Below, piece by piece: positions 17,545 through 24,714 of a DNA stretch of 64,000 nt. This stretch comes from a virus. The stretch's first letter is position 1; each line of letters starts with the position of its first letter. The notes beneath the pieces are model-generated. The model had not been told where the DNA came from. It saw nothing but the letters and a program-made list of their open reading frames with translations, and searched no databases. The stretch lies in the IMG/VR virus record IMGVR_UViG_3300009130_000011, positions 1 through 64,000 of that record, one strand, 5' to 3'. A program made the position numbers and the translations under genes.

Positions 17545-17663
17545 ATGAAAATGAAAATCCCCAACTAAGCGCCGTATAAGTCGGGACGTGGCGCCCCGAA
17601 GATTATGAAAATGAAAACCCCCAACTAAGAGCCGTAGAACGGCGGGACGTGGCTCCCCGCAGA
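17545..17663 (+). ncRNA. micro-ORF plus pseudoknot units, copies B (MKMKIPN*) and C (MKMKTPN*), tandem with a 60-nt period
   Basis: promoter at 17510; copy B shows compensatory changes GCGCC/GGCGC and TCGGG/CCCGA. Confidence 0.6.
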
Positions 17664-17669
17664 GTTTGG

Positions 17670-17736
17670 TAACCCTCTTATAATCAAGGACTTACGCCGC
17701 CCCTGTCCGCGTAAGCGGTTGAATACCAAAGACTTA
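17670..17736. repeat. 67-bp palindromic element, copy 4
   Basis: TAACCCTCTTATAATCAAGGACTTA-CGCCGCCCCTGTCCGCG-TAAGCGGTTGAATACCAAAGACTTA. Confidence 0.88.
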
Positions 17737-17747
17737 TGAAACATAAG

Positions 17748-17764
17748 TACAGAAATCATGCCAA
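17748..17764 (-). promoter_or_regulatory. sigma54-like -24/-12 motif
   Basis: reverse complement TTGGCATGATTTCTGTA, 28 bp from element 4. Confidence 0.5.
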
Positions 17765-17842
17765 TTCATGCGATAGGATAGTGCAAAAAATTAGTTGAAA
17801 GTTTTTCTTGACTTTTGGCGTTTTTTGGGTTATGTTGTAGAC

Positions 17843-17938
17843 ATGAAATTAACTGAAAGAGAAAAAATCCTCCTCGCAATCGTCCTTCCTAAAAAGGAAA
17901 AAAAAGCAAAAAAAAGTTTGCAATTCCGCCAAAACTAG
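17843..17938 (+). CDS. 31-aa leaderless small protein (MKLTEREKILLAIVLPKK...)
   Basis: TTGACT at 17808, ATG 35 nt later; below the ORF-track cutoff. Confidence 0.5.
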   Translation: MKLTEREKILLAIVLPKKEKKAKKSLQFRQN

Positions 17939-17984
17939 TTTAGCTTATATACATACAACAAAGATAACCTAACTCAAAAAAATT

Positions 17985-18173
17985 ATGACCAAGTCCGAAA
18001 TGCTCAAAGAAATCTCCATCCTCCACGAAACGCTGAAAGATTGCGTTCTCACCATCGCTGACCGCGTTGCGATCCGCAACGAGATCGGTGACCTGCAGGA
18101 CAGGGTCGCCCTCCTCGACTTCCAAAACGAAGGCGAGGACTTCGACTTCGGTCATCACTCCGAATGGGAGTAA
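17985..18173 (+). CDS. hypothetical early protein
   Basis: 62 aa, promoter at 17918. Confidence 0.7.
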   Translation: MTKSEMLKEISILHETLKDCVLTIADRVAIRNEIGDLQDRVALLDFQNEGEDFDFGHHSEWE

Positions 18174-18223
18174 AAAGCAAAAAAAAGTTTGCAATCACCT
18201 AAAAAATCGTTTAAATTATACTC

Positions 18224-18445
18224 ATGAATAAAGCAGAATTAAATCAAAAATTCGAGCTTCTCAATCGAGAAGTAAATGCCCTTTGGGATTCTTCAAAGTC
18301 TTTGCAAGATCAATCTGCCGAGTACAGCCAAGCTTGGCAAGCTCGTTTCGAGGTTTCTCGTGAACTTCGCAACTTTCGGGAGCTTGGCGGTTCTCGCTCT
18401 CGTTGCCATGATATGGCTTTTAAGATCCGCGAGCAAAACGCTTAA
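18224..18445 (+). CDS. hypothetical early protein
   Basis: 73 aa, promoter at 18189. Confidence 0.7.
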   Translation: MNKAELNQKFELLNREVNALWDSSKSLQDQSAEYSQAWQARFEVSRELRNFRELGGSRSRCHDMAFKIREQNA

Positions 18446-18471
18446 AGTCTAACCTCAACAGAAAGGAAAAT

Positions 18472-18624
18472 ATGTTCATCCTCAAATCTATTCTCAACCA
18501 AGCGGGCGCCGTTTGGAAAGTTGAAAGCATCGCAATGCGCGAGCGTGACGCAAGGCGTCTCCTCCGTAGGCGTCAAGCACAAAATGACGGCAGTCGCCGT
18601 TACGGGCTTTTCCCTGCCAAGTAA
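18472..18624 (+). CDS. 50-aa small protein (MFILKSILNQAGAVWKVES...)
   Basis: GAAAGGA SD; below the ORF-track cutoff. Confidence 0.6.
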   Translation: MFILKSILNQAGAVWKVESIAMRERDARRLLRRRQAQNDGSRRYGLFPAK

Positions 18625-18641
18625 TTGGCACGCTTCTTGAA
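18625..18641 (+). promoter_or_regulatory. sigma54-like -24/-12 motif
   Basis: TTGGCACGCTTCTTGAA, 28 bp before element 5. Confidence 0.6.
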
Positions 18642-18652
18642 CGGCTGTTTCA

Positions 18653-18719
18653 TAAGTCGTTGACTGTCAGGCGGTTAGGCCGACAGGGGCGGCGTAAGTC
18701 ATTGATAGTGTGACACTTA
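18653..18719. repeat. 67-bp palindromic element, copy 5
   Basis: TAAGTCGTTGACTGTCAGGCGGTTA-GGCCGACAGGGGCGGCG-TAAGTCATTGATAGTGTGACACTTA. Confidence 0.88.
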
Positions 18720-18798
18720 CGACACGCAAGAGAATAGTGTAAGAAAATAGTTGAAAGTTTTTCTTGACTTTTCGCATTTTTTGGCTTATGTTATAGGC

Positions 18799-18906
18799 AT
18801 GAAAGTTAAAGTGAGAAAGACAATCCTTATGCCCAAAAGCATTCCGCACAAGCGGAAAAACAAAGTCTTGCCACGCAAGGCAAAGCACAAGGGAATTGTG
18901 CAATAA
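18799..18906 (+). CDS. 35-aa basic peptide with an ArfA-like RKxKH motif
   Basis: MKVKVRKTILMPKSIPHKRKNKVLPRKAKHKGIVQ; promoter at 18764; paralog at 25918..26037. Confidence 0.6.
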   Translation: MKVKVRKTILMPKSIPHKRKNKVLPRKAKHKGIVQ

Positions 18907-18959
18907 AATAGTTGAACATTTTTCTTGCAATTTTACAAAAAATCCTTTATATTCTTAAT

Positions 18960-19103
18960 ATGAAAACAAAAGAACAACTTCTTAAAGACCTTGCCTTTTG
19001 GCAGGATAAGGTCAATCGTTCACGCAAGGAGTCTCTCCGCTCCATCAGAGTTCTGCACCTTCAGCATGTGCAGGATGAACTCAAGAAACTTCAAGAAAGT
19101 TAA
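18960..19103 (+). CDS. hypothetical early protein
   Basis: start MKTKEQ set by the promoter at 18925. Confidence 0.65.
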   Translation: MKTKEQLLKDLAFWQDKVNRSRKESLRSIRVLHLQHVQDELKKLQES

Positions 19104-19149
19104 GTTTCGGGGTTGACTTTATCGCTACAAACTGACAAAATATAATCTT

Positions 19150-19341
19150 ATGAAAATCACTAACGGAAAACTATACTTCTCAAAATCTAACGCTTGTGTT
19201 GTCCGAGTCTTGCGGGCAGACCAAACCCAAAAGGTTGCAACGCTGAAGCATCACGCTTCTGATATGGTGGAATCCGAGGTCTTGTTTAAGGACTTGACTC
19301 CCGCCACTTCCGAGCAAGTAAAATCCTACTTGGGCAAATAA
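19150..19341 (+). CDS. hypothetical early protein
   Basis: 63 aa, promoter at 19114. Confidence 0.7.
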   Translation: MKITNGKLYFSKSNACVVRVLRADQTQKVATLKHHASDMVESEVLFKDLTPATSEQVKSYLGK

Positions 19342-19410
19342 GATGATTGAAATGATTCTTATAATCGCCTTCGCTCTAGTAATCCCAACGCTTGCAAAAG
19401 CGAACGCACA

Positions 19411-19671
19411 ATGAGCGAAGCAGAAGTTGCACGATACAACGAAACACTTGCAGATCTCTCTCAAAGCATTGATCTGGGTTGGAAAAAGTTTTGGCAAGAG
19501 CGAGGAATAAACGCGGCTCTTGCTTGTAAGGATATAAATACGGGCGGACCTTGGTACTCCCGAGGCTATGGCGAGCAGGACGCCACAGGCGTTTTCGCCC
19601 ACATGCTAGAACCCGCCGAGCTTATCACCCGAGCAGTCACCCGCAAGAAAACCTTAAAGCAGTTTCATTAA
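19411..19671 (+). CDS. hypothetical early protein
   Basis: 86 aa; stop overlaps element 6. Confidence 0.65.
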   Translation: MSEAEVARYNETLADLSQSIDLGWKKFWQERGINAALACKDINTGGPWYSRGYGEQDATGVFAHMLEPAELITRAVTRKKTLKQFH

Positions 19672-19734
19672 TCCTTGATAATCAAGGGTTTACGCCGCCC
19701 TGAGCGACATAAGTCGTTGAACACCAAGACCTTA
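19668..19734. repeat. 67-bp palindromic element, copy 6
   Basis: TTAATCCTTGATAATCAAGGGTTTA-CGCCGCCCTGAGCGACA-TAAGTCGTTGAACACCAAGACCTTA. Confidence 0.88.
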
Positions 19735-19848
19735 CGGAAACATAGTTAAAATCAAAATTCTGCCCGGGGTAGTTATTTGGTATTGTATTTGTTAAAATTT
19801 GTTTAAAAATCTCTTGACTTTTCCCCGTTTCCCCCTTATGTTGTTCTT

Positions 19849-20073
19849 ATGATTAACGAAAACGATTCCCTCGCCCGCACCGCCCACGCCTTCGGCATGA
19901 CTGATGTCGAATTTACCGCCCGCCACGGGTTCGCCCCCGTGGACGATCTCCCGCTCCCGCCTCCTCCTGCGGGCTTCACGGTCTCGCCCAGCGGAGCCAT
20001 CCGCGAGGCTAGCCCCGAGGAACTCAGCGACTGGGTCGCTGAGGATATCCTCAACGGAGAGTTTGACGACTAG
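19849..20073 (+). CDS. acidic early protein; N-terminus shared with 17064..17264
   Basis: DSLARTAHAFGMTDVEF; promoter at 19814. Confidence 0.7.
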   Translation: MINENDSLARTAHAFGMTDVEFTARHGFAPVDDLPLPPPPAGFTVSPSGAIREASPEELSDWVAEDILNGEFDD

Positions 20074-20077
20074 GCCC

Positions 20078-20144
20078 TAAGTCGTTGACAATCAAAGGGT
20101 TAGCCCGCCCTGAGCGGCGTAAGTAGCTAATGATCAACGACTTA
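20078..20144. repeat. 67-bp palindromic element, copy 7
   Basis: TAAGTCGTTGACAATCAAAGGGTTA-GCCCGCCCTGAGCGGCG-TAAGTAGCTAATGATCAACGACTTA. Confidence 0.9.
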
Positions 20145-20201
20145 CAAAAAGTATTGTTCTGTCGCCCGCCCGCCCGCAAAATTGTTATTTAGCTATTTGC
20201 G

Positions 20202-20243
20202 AAAAACCCCCCATCCGCCTTTCCGAAGGGCGAATGAGGGGCT
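20202..20243 (-). terminator. hairpin terminator where the + and - early blocks converge
   Basis: CCCCCCATCCGCCTTTCCGAAGGGCGAATGAGGGG stem with a T-tract on the minus strand. Confidence 0.6.
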
Positions 20244-20355
20244 TCAATAACTAATAACCTAACCAATAATAACTAACCACTAAAAATTTTCATTGCAATG
20301 CCACATAAAAGCGAAAGCTAAAGCCCACGGCAAGAAAATAAAAAGATCTGCCCAC

Positions 20356-20607
20356 TCACCCATTGCCCAAGATTCCTTCAACAACGGGTTTTGCCACAAG
20401 GTTTCTGATGGCAACACCATCTCCGTACTGACTACCCCTAACGGCAGACTTGAACTTGCGAGTGCTATACTCATAAAAAGCATTGACCACTACGCCCGCC
20501 TTGTTGACATAAGAGAAACAAAGCTTGTCCCCTTGCTTGTTTACATTTTGCGGTTGGTACTTTGCCACCGCATTAGCTTTTTCTATGAATGAGAATTCTG
20601 ATTGCAT
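20356..20607 (-). CDS. hypothetical early protein
   Basis: 83 aa, AGGAGG SD. Confidence 0.7.
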   Translation of the reverse strand: MQSEFSFIEKANAVAKYQPQNVNKQGDKLCFSYVNKAGVVVNAFYEYSTRKFKSAVRGSQYGDGVAIRNLVAKPVVEGILGNG

Positions 20608-20621
20608 AATATGTTTCCTCC

Positions 20622-20909
20622 TTAGTTGTTGTTGTTGTAAACTTCACGCATCTCGGAGCTTACTCCGAAAGATTCGTCTTCCTCGTCAATGTCTTCAGCA
20701 GAGTCGCTGAACAAAAACTGAGACTCGTCCTCCAAGTCTTCTTTTTGACTATCGAGCAAACCATGCTCGACAACCAATTCTTCGGTCTTCACATCCTCGA
20801 CAAACTCTTGGGCTTGATCGCTAAGTGCGACTCCCTTGGCTTGCTCGAAAGCTTGACGGATGATCTCGATGCGTTCTTCTTGAGTGAGTTGTTCTTGTGT
20901 TAATTCCAT
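20622..20909 (-). CDS. highly acidic early protein
   Basis: 95 aa D/E-rich; TTGACT-17-TATATT promoter, leaderless. Confidence 0.7.
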   Translation of the reverse strand: MELTQEQLTQEERIEIIRQAFEQAKGVALSDQAQEFVEDVKTEELVVEHGLLDSQKEDLEDESQFLFSDSAEDIDEEDESFGVSSEMREVYNNNN

Positions 20910-20924
20910 AGTGTTTAATATAGT

Positions 20925-21122
20925 TTAGTTTGAGAATAAAGTCAAGCTTTCGTTTTCTAATTGTATGCGAATATATGGCTCAGAATATTCGTCTGTGTCC
21001 ATGTCTGCATAATTACAATCAACAAAATCGGAAACTTCGTTTACTCCGTTGTTGTTTTCTGATTCATTAACTACGAATGAGCAAATGTCATTTCCAAAGT
21101 AATCTTCAATTTTTATCTTCAT
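20925..21122 (-). CDS. hypothetical early protein
   Basis: 65 aa, leaderless promoter. Confidence 0.65.
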   Translation of the reverse strand: MKIKIEDYFGNDICSFVVNESENNNGVNEVSDFVDCNYADMDTDEYSEPYIRIQLENESLTLFSN

Positions 21123-21162
21123 GTGTTTAATATAGTTTAGTTGTGATCAGTAGTCAAGCCCA

Positions 21163-21348
21163 TTAGGCATTTTCTTGAACTTTTTTTACTTCGCCAAAAG
21201 CGTGAATGTGGGCGACTCCGTTTTGTTTTGCAATGGTCTTTGCTAGACGCAATGCCTTTGCGTTACTTTGCACCTCGTCAATTAAATTACCGAAGGCGAA
21301 GACTTGAATCCACTTGGGAAAGTTAGCGTTTTTCTTAATAGTTATCAT
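21163..21348 (-). CDS. hypothetical early protein, paralog of 16181..16357
   Basis: MITIKKNANFPKWIQVFAFGNLIDEV. Confidence 0.75.
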   Translation of the reverse strand: MITIKKNANFPKWIQVFAFGNLIDEVQSNAKALRLAKTIAKQNGVAHIHAFGEVKKVQENA

Positions 21349-21452
21349 ACATAAGATACTAAGGACTTTTGAGTAAACCACAACAAAAAAAAATGTAAAA
21401 TAATCACTTTATCCGCCCGCTTATATCCTTCATAAGTTTCTCTAATAATACG

Positions 21453-21519
21453 TAAGTCTTTGTCTTTCAATGACTTGCGCCGCCCAGAGCGCCCTAAGTG
21501 CCTGAGTATCAATGACTTA
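21453..21519. repeat. 67-bp palindromic element, copy 8
   Basis: TAAGTCTTTGTCTTTCAATGACTTG-CGCCGCCCAGAGCGCCC-TAAGTGCCTGAGTATCAATGACTTA. Confidence 0.9.
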
Positions 21520-21681
21520 GTAGCCTAACCAAACCAAAACCTCTTGTGCTTCATACTCTTCCCTGTCTCCCAAGTCATCAAAGAATTGCTCGATATCTTC
21601 GCAATGATGCCTTGCCAATTCAAGCAAAGCTCTTTCTCTCGTTATAGTTAAACCTTCGGCTGAATCGTAATAGTCCATCAT
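21517..21681 (-). CDS. 54-aa protein (MMDYYDSAEGLTITRERA...WLGY)
   Basis: overlaps the stop of the GP88-like gene; its own stop lies in the last 3 nt of element 8. Confidence 0.65.
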   Translation of the reverse strand: MMDYYDSAEGLTITRERALLELARHHCEDIEQFFDDLGDREEYEAQEVLVWLGY

Positions 21682-22394
21682 GAATTTATACCTTCTTTAA
21701 CGAATCCTGTCAAATCTTTTTTGGCAAGACCTTTTTCGATAAGCCCGACGACCACGCCTTGCTTGTCAAGAAATCGCAAGTCCGATTCGTCGCCATTGAT
21801 AACCTCGACACCATTCCAAGTTTCAGGTAATTGGTTACGAAAGACAACGGCAACATTACCGCCCATTTCCAAAACTAGCTTGGCGATCTTTTCATTCGTT
21901 TCGGAGCATGAAAAAGTCAAGTGGTAGTTGCTTGGCAACTCGCCATTGAGAAAGCGTTGCATCCTCTTAAATGACTTGGTATAATCATAAAATTGAGTCT
22001 TGCCGTGCTTTTCAAAGAGGGTTACCCCATCTTCGTTTATAATGTTTTCCCATGCAATATCGCTTGTAAGGTTAGGACGGAAAACCGCTTGCAAACCTTT
22101 CTTGCTTGCCGACTTAATAGTTGAAGTAATTTCCTTTGATAGCTTGGCAAGGAAATCGAACCTTTGCTCGAAAAAGAGCTTAGTCTTTGCAATTCGTGAA
22201 TCTTGAACAGAATTCATTTGCCCACGACCTGCCGTATTCAAACAAGCCATGGTGCAACCTTTGGAACGCCATTGGCAAACTTCATAACCCGACAAATTAG
22301 CGGGAGCTAAGTGGATGCCTTTAGTTAAATATCCGAACGCCTCGCCTTTTGTGATCTTGGCGTTCCCTGCGGTGAGTAGAGTTGTTTTAATCAT
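21678..22394 (-). CDS. GP88-like phage protein
   Basis: C..RSKGC...CL, RPNLTSDIAWE, QFYDYTK, NYHLTFS, GDESDLRFLD. Confidence 0.7.
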   Translation of the reverse strand: MIKTTLLTAGNAKITKGEAFGYLTKGIHLAPANLSGYEVCQWRSKGCTMACLNTAGRGQMNSVQDSRIAKTKLFFEQRFDFLAKLSKEITSTIKSASKKGLQAVFRPNLTSDIAWENIINEDGVTLFEKHGKTQFYDYTKSFKRMQRFLNGELPSNYHLTFSCSETNEKIAKLVLEMGGNVAVVFRNQLPETWNGVEVINGDESDLRFLDKQGVVVGLIEKGLAKKDLTGFVKEGINS

Positions 22395-22421
22395 AATAGA
22401 ATACTAATTGAATTAGTTTGA

Positions 22422-22622
22422 CTATGCAAGCCTAAAAATAAAATCTTCAAAGTAATCGGGTTCAAGCCCGAACTCACTCATAAAGGTATGCTCCCATTCG
22501 GAAAGGTCGCCGCCGGCTTCCCAATCAGCTTTCATTTCGTTGAAGAATTGGATAACTTGCTTGACCGCCTCGGCTTGCGTTAAGCCGTCGCGGGACATTA
22601 GGACTTTTACTGTTTCTTTCAT
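22422..22622 (-). CDS. hypothetical early protein
   Basis: VLMSRDGLT...FGLEPDY; start MKETVK set by promoter spacing. Confidence 0.7.
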   Translation of the reverse strand: MKETVKVLMSRDGLTQAEAVKQVIQFFNEMKADWEAGGDLSEWEHTFMSEFGLEPDYFEDFIFRLA

Positions 22623-22687
22623 TCCTATATACTGACAGATTCTCAGTAAAACACAAGAAAAAAATTGCAACTAAGTGAAAATAGTTG

Positions 22688-22754
22688 TAAGTCCTTGAAT
22701 ACCAACGCTTTCCGGCGCCCAGAGCGACGCAAGTCGCTGATTGTCAACGACTTA
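22688..22754. repeat. 67-bp palindromic element, copy 9
   Basis: TAAGTCCTTGAATACCAACGCTTTC-CGGCGCCCAGAGCGACG-CAAGTCGCTGATTGTCAACGACTTA. Confidence 0.88.
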
Positions 22755-22982
22755 GTCGTCTTCTCTTAGCTCATCGAAATACTCTTCGAGCCTTGGGAGG
22801 TCAAGACTGCTGTCGTTGTAAGCTACCCTGTCGGGAGTCTCGGTATAGCCCACCTCTCGCATTTGCTCAACAAAGTTTGCGTAAGTTCCGCACTCTTTGG
22901 CGAAACTATACATTCCCTCGTCGTTGCCGATCCAAAGAGCGATATTCCAAGTTTCTCTGTTTTTCCATCCGTTGTAGCTCAT
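22752..22982 (-). CDS. hypothetical phage protein (YNGWKNRETWNIALW)
   Basis: 76 aa; stop lies in element 9. Confidence 0.75.
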   Translation of the reverse strand: MSYNGWKNRETWNIALWIGNDEGMYSFAKECGTYANFVEQMREVGYTETPDRVAYNDSSLDLPRLEEYFDELREDD

Positions 22983-23272
22983 GAGTTTGCCTTTCCAATT
23001 GTGTAGGGTGAATGTTGGGTGAACTTGTCGATGTGAGATTCAAGCTGTCTTATGATCCAAACTGCACGCTCGATGGAGCAAGGATCAAAGCCTTCCATGG
23101 GTTGTCCGTTTTTTAATATAATATACATATCTTATAGGTTCTCCGTGTTATGTCCTGCTCTCCTCATTGAGTGCAAGGCTTCTTGCTTTGTCATGTTGAA
23201 TCGGGACATGAGATACATGAGCAAGTCATGCCCTGTGAGTTGTTGGTTTCGATCTGTCATGGTAGTATTCTC

Positions 23273-23710
23273 TCAGTATTGGTCTAAGTTGTCAAGACCT
23301 AATTCTTTGTTATGTTGTTGTCTTGCGTCAGTAAGAAGGCAGACCCAAGCGAAGTCGTTAAGATGTGCTTGATGCATTAGCTTAGTGATCTGCGTGGGAG
23401 TTTGCCACGCAAGAACATCATCACCAATAGACAAGGGAAGCATGGTGTCTCTACCATCATACCACATTGCGACCTCGTAAGTGTTGTCTGAATGGTCGCC
23501 ATACAATCCAGTACCATCTGCAATGTTTTGCACGGCTGAGATGGTGAATTGATTCCTTGAACCAAAATCAAGCATGGCTTGAATAGCTTTGCCATCGGCA
23601 AATCCCGCGTGAGACTTGAAAACTAAATCATCAAACCCCTTGAGGTTGCTCCTTGGGGCAGAGGCTTGATAATCTGAAATGTAGTTTGGTATATCGTAGT
23701 TAATAATCAT
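23273..23710 (-). CDS. hypothetical protein
   Basis: 145 aa, leaderless promoter. Confidence 0.7.
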   Translation of the reverse strand: MIINYDIPNYISDYQASAPRSNLKGFDDLVFKSHAGFADGKAIQAMLDFGSRNQFTISAVQNIADGTGLYGDHSDNTYEVAMWYDGRDTMLPLSIGDDVLAWQTPTQITKLMHQAHLNDFAWVCLLTDARQQHNKELGLDNLDQY

Positions 23711-23787
23711 AAATAGATACTAAGCCCGTTTTGTCTTAATTGCAAGAAAAAAGATGCTAAATCGCAAAAAAGGTTTGCTTAATGCTG

Positions 23788-23854
23788 TAAGTCATTGTCT
23801 GGCAAGGACTTGTGCCGCTCAGGGCGGCATAAACCCTTGAGTCGCAAAGGCTTA
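23788..23854. repeat. 67-bp palindromic element, copy 10
   Basis: TAAGTCATTGTCTGGCAAGGACTTG-TGCCGCTCAGGGCGGCA-TAAACCCTTGAGTCGCAAAGGCTTA. Confidence 0.9.
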
Positions 23855-23859
23855 TGAAA

Positions 23860-24066
23860 TTAGAACTTCAATGCCTTTAGGCTCGTGTTGTTCTTTAGCC
23901 ACCTGCGAAGCGGGTGAAATGCTTTGGCAGACATATGAGCCAAGTATTGCTCTCCGTTCTTTGCCATGATCATATACCCATTTGCAGTTGCCCGAATCTC
24001 CTGAATATCGGGGCATTTCTTTATTTGCTTTAGAACTTTGCGATTACCGCTCTCTGAATGTTTCAT
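23860..24066 (-). CDS. small basic protein
   Basis: 68 aa, TTGACA promoter. Confidence 0.65.
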   Translation of the reverse strand: MKHSESGNRKVLKQIKKCPDIQEIRATANGYMIMAKNGEQYLAHMSAKAFHPLRRWLKNNTSLKALKF

Positions 24067-24374
24067 GATATAAATCTAAACAATTTTTTATTGATTGTCA
24101 ACCACTAAGCCCAAGAAAATGAACTATTGCGATGGCAATCATGATGATTAAGAATGCTAGTGAGAATGTTTGTTGTTGCGTCATAATAAAGTGAATTGAG
24201 AGCCACGGAGCCGCCCGTGGTAAATGCTACCCCGTCTTACCGAGGATGTGACACTAGGTGCCTATAAGGCTTGGTACTGCACTCTCAAAATTGTGAACCT
24301 TTTTCTCTCTCCCGAAGGTTGTAGGCGTGTGCTGACGCCTCGTTGTTCAATGCTTTCGCATCTACAGAAAAAGC

Positions 24375-24491
24375 AGCCCTCTGTGAGATTCGAACTCACC
24401 TCTTTGACTCTAAAACGATGATCGGTCGCTCGCAGGCTTAACTAGTATACTGCCGAGAGCCATTGTTTTCACCAATGTAAACTAAGAGGGC
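24375..24491 (-). ncRNA. tRNA-like RNA with a 44-nt insertion in the anticodon loop
   Basis: acceptor GCCCTCT/AGAGGGC, D-arm GTTT..TGG..AAAC, stem TGGCTCT/AGAGTCA, T-arm GTGAG-TTCGAAT-CTCAC; sigma70 promoter upstream. Confidence 0.7.
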
Positions 24492-24574
24492 ACAAATGAA
24501 ATTGATTATCAAAAGAACTAAATACAATTGTGACAGAATACCGAGCGAAGTCAATACTTTTTTTCTTTTTGTCA

Positions 24575-24641
24575 TAAGTGTCTGTTAATCAATGGTTTGC
24601 GCCGCTCAGAGCGCCATAAGCCCTTGACCATCAATGACTTA
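24575..24641. repeat. 67-bp palindromic element, copy 11
   Basis: TAAGTGTCTGTTAATCAATGGTTTG-CGCCGCTCAGAGCGCCA-TAAGCCCTTGACCATCAATGACTTA. Confidence 0.88.
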
Positions 24642-24660
24642 CAGAAAGTAAATGCCCAAT

Positions 24661-24689
24661 AAAAAAGCCCCCTCGGGGTGAGGGGGCTT
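24661..24689 (-). terminator. Rho-independent terminator after the DUF932-like gene
   Basis: AAAAAAGCCCCCTC-GGGGT-GAGGGGGCTT. Confidence 0.85.
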
Positions 24690-24714
24690 ATTTGCCTATT
24701 TGGCGACTGACCCT

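Noticed and set aside
17425-17663. Mini-CRISPR or a known self-cleaving ribozyme (HDV-like, twister, pistol)
   Set aside because: There are no unique spacers, and I could not map the catalytic core elements of these ribozyme classes by eye.
19745-19770. A sixth sigma54-like motif beside element 6
   Set aside because: The reverse-strand GGGCAGAATTTTGA is degenerate and is not at the 28-bp offset.
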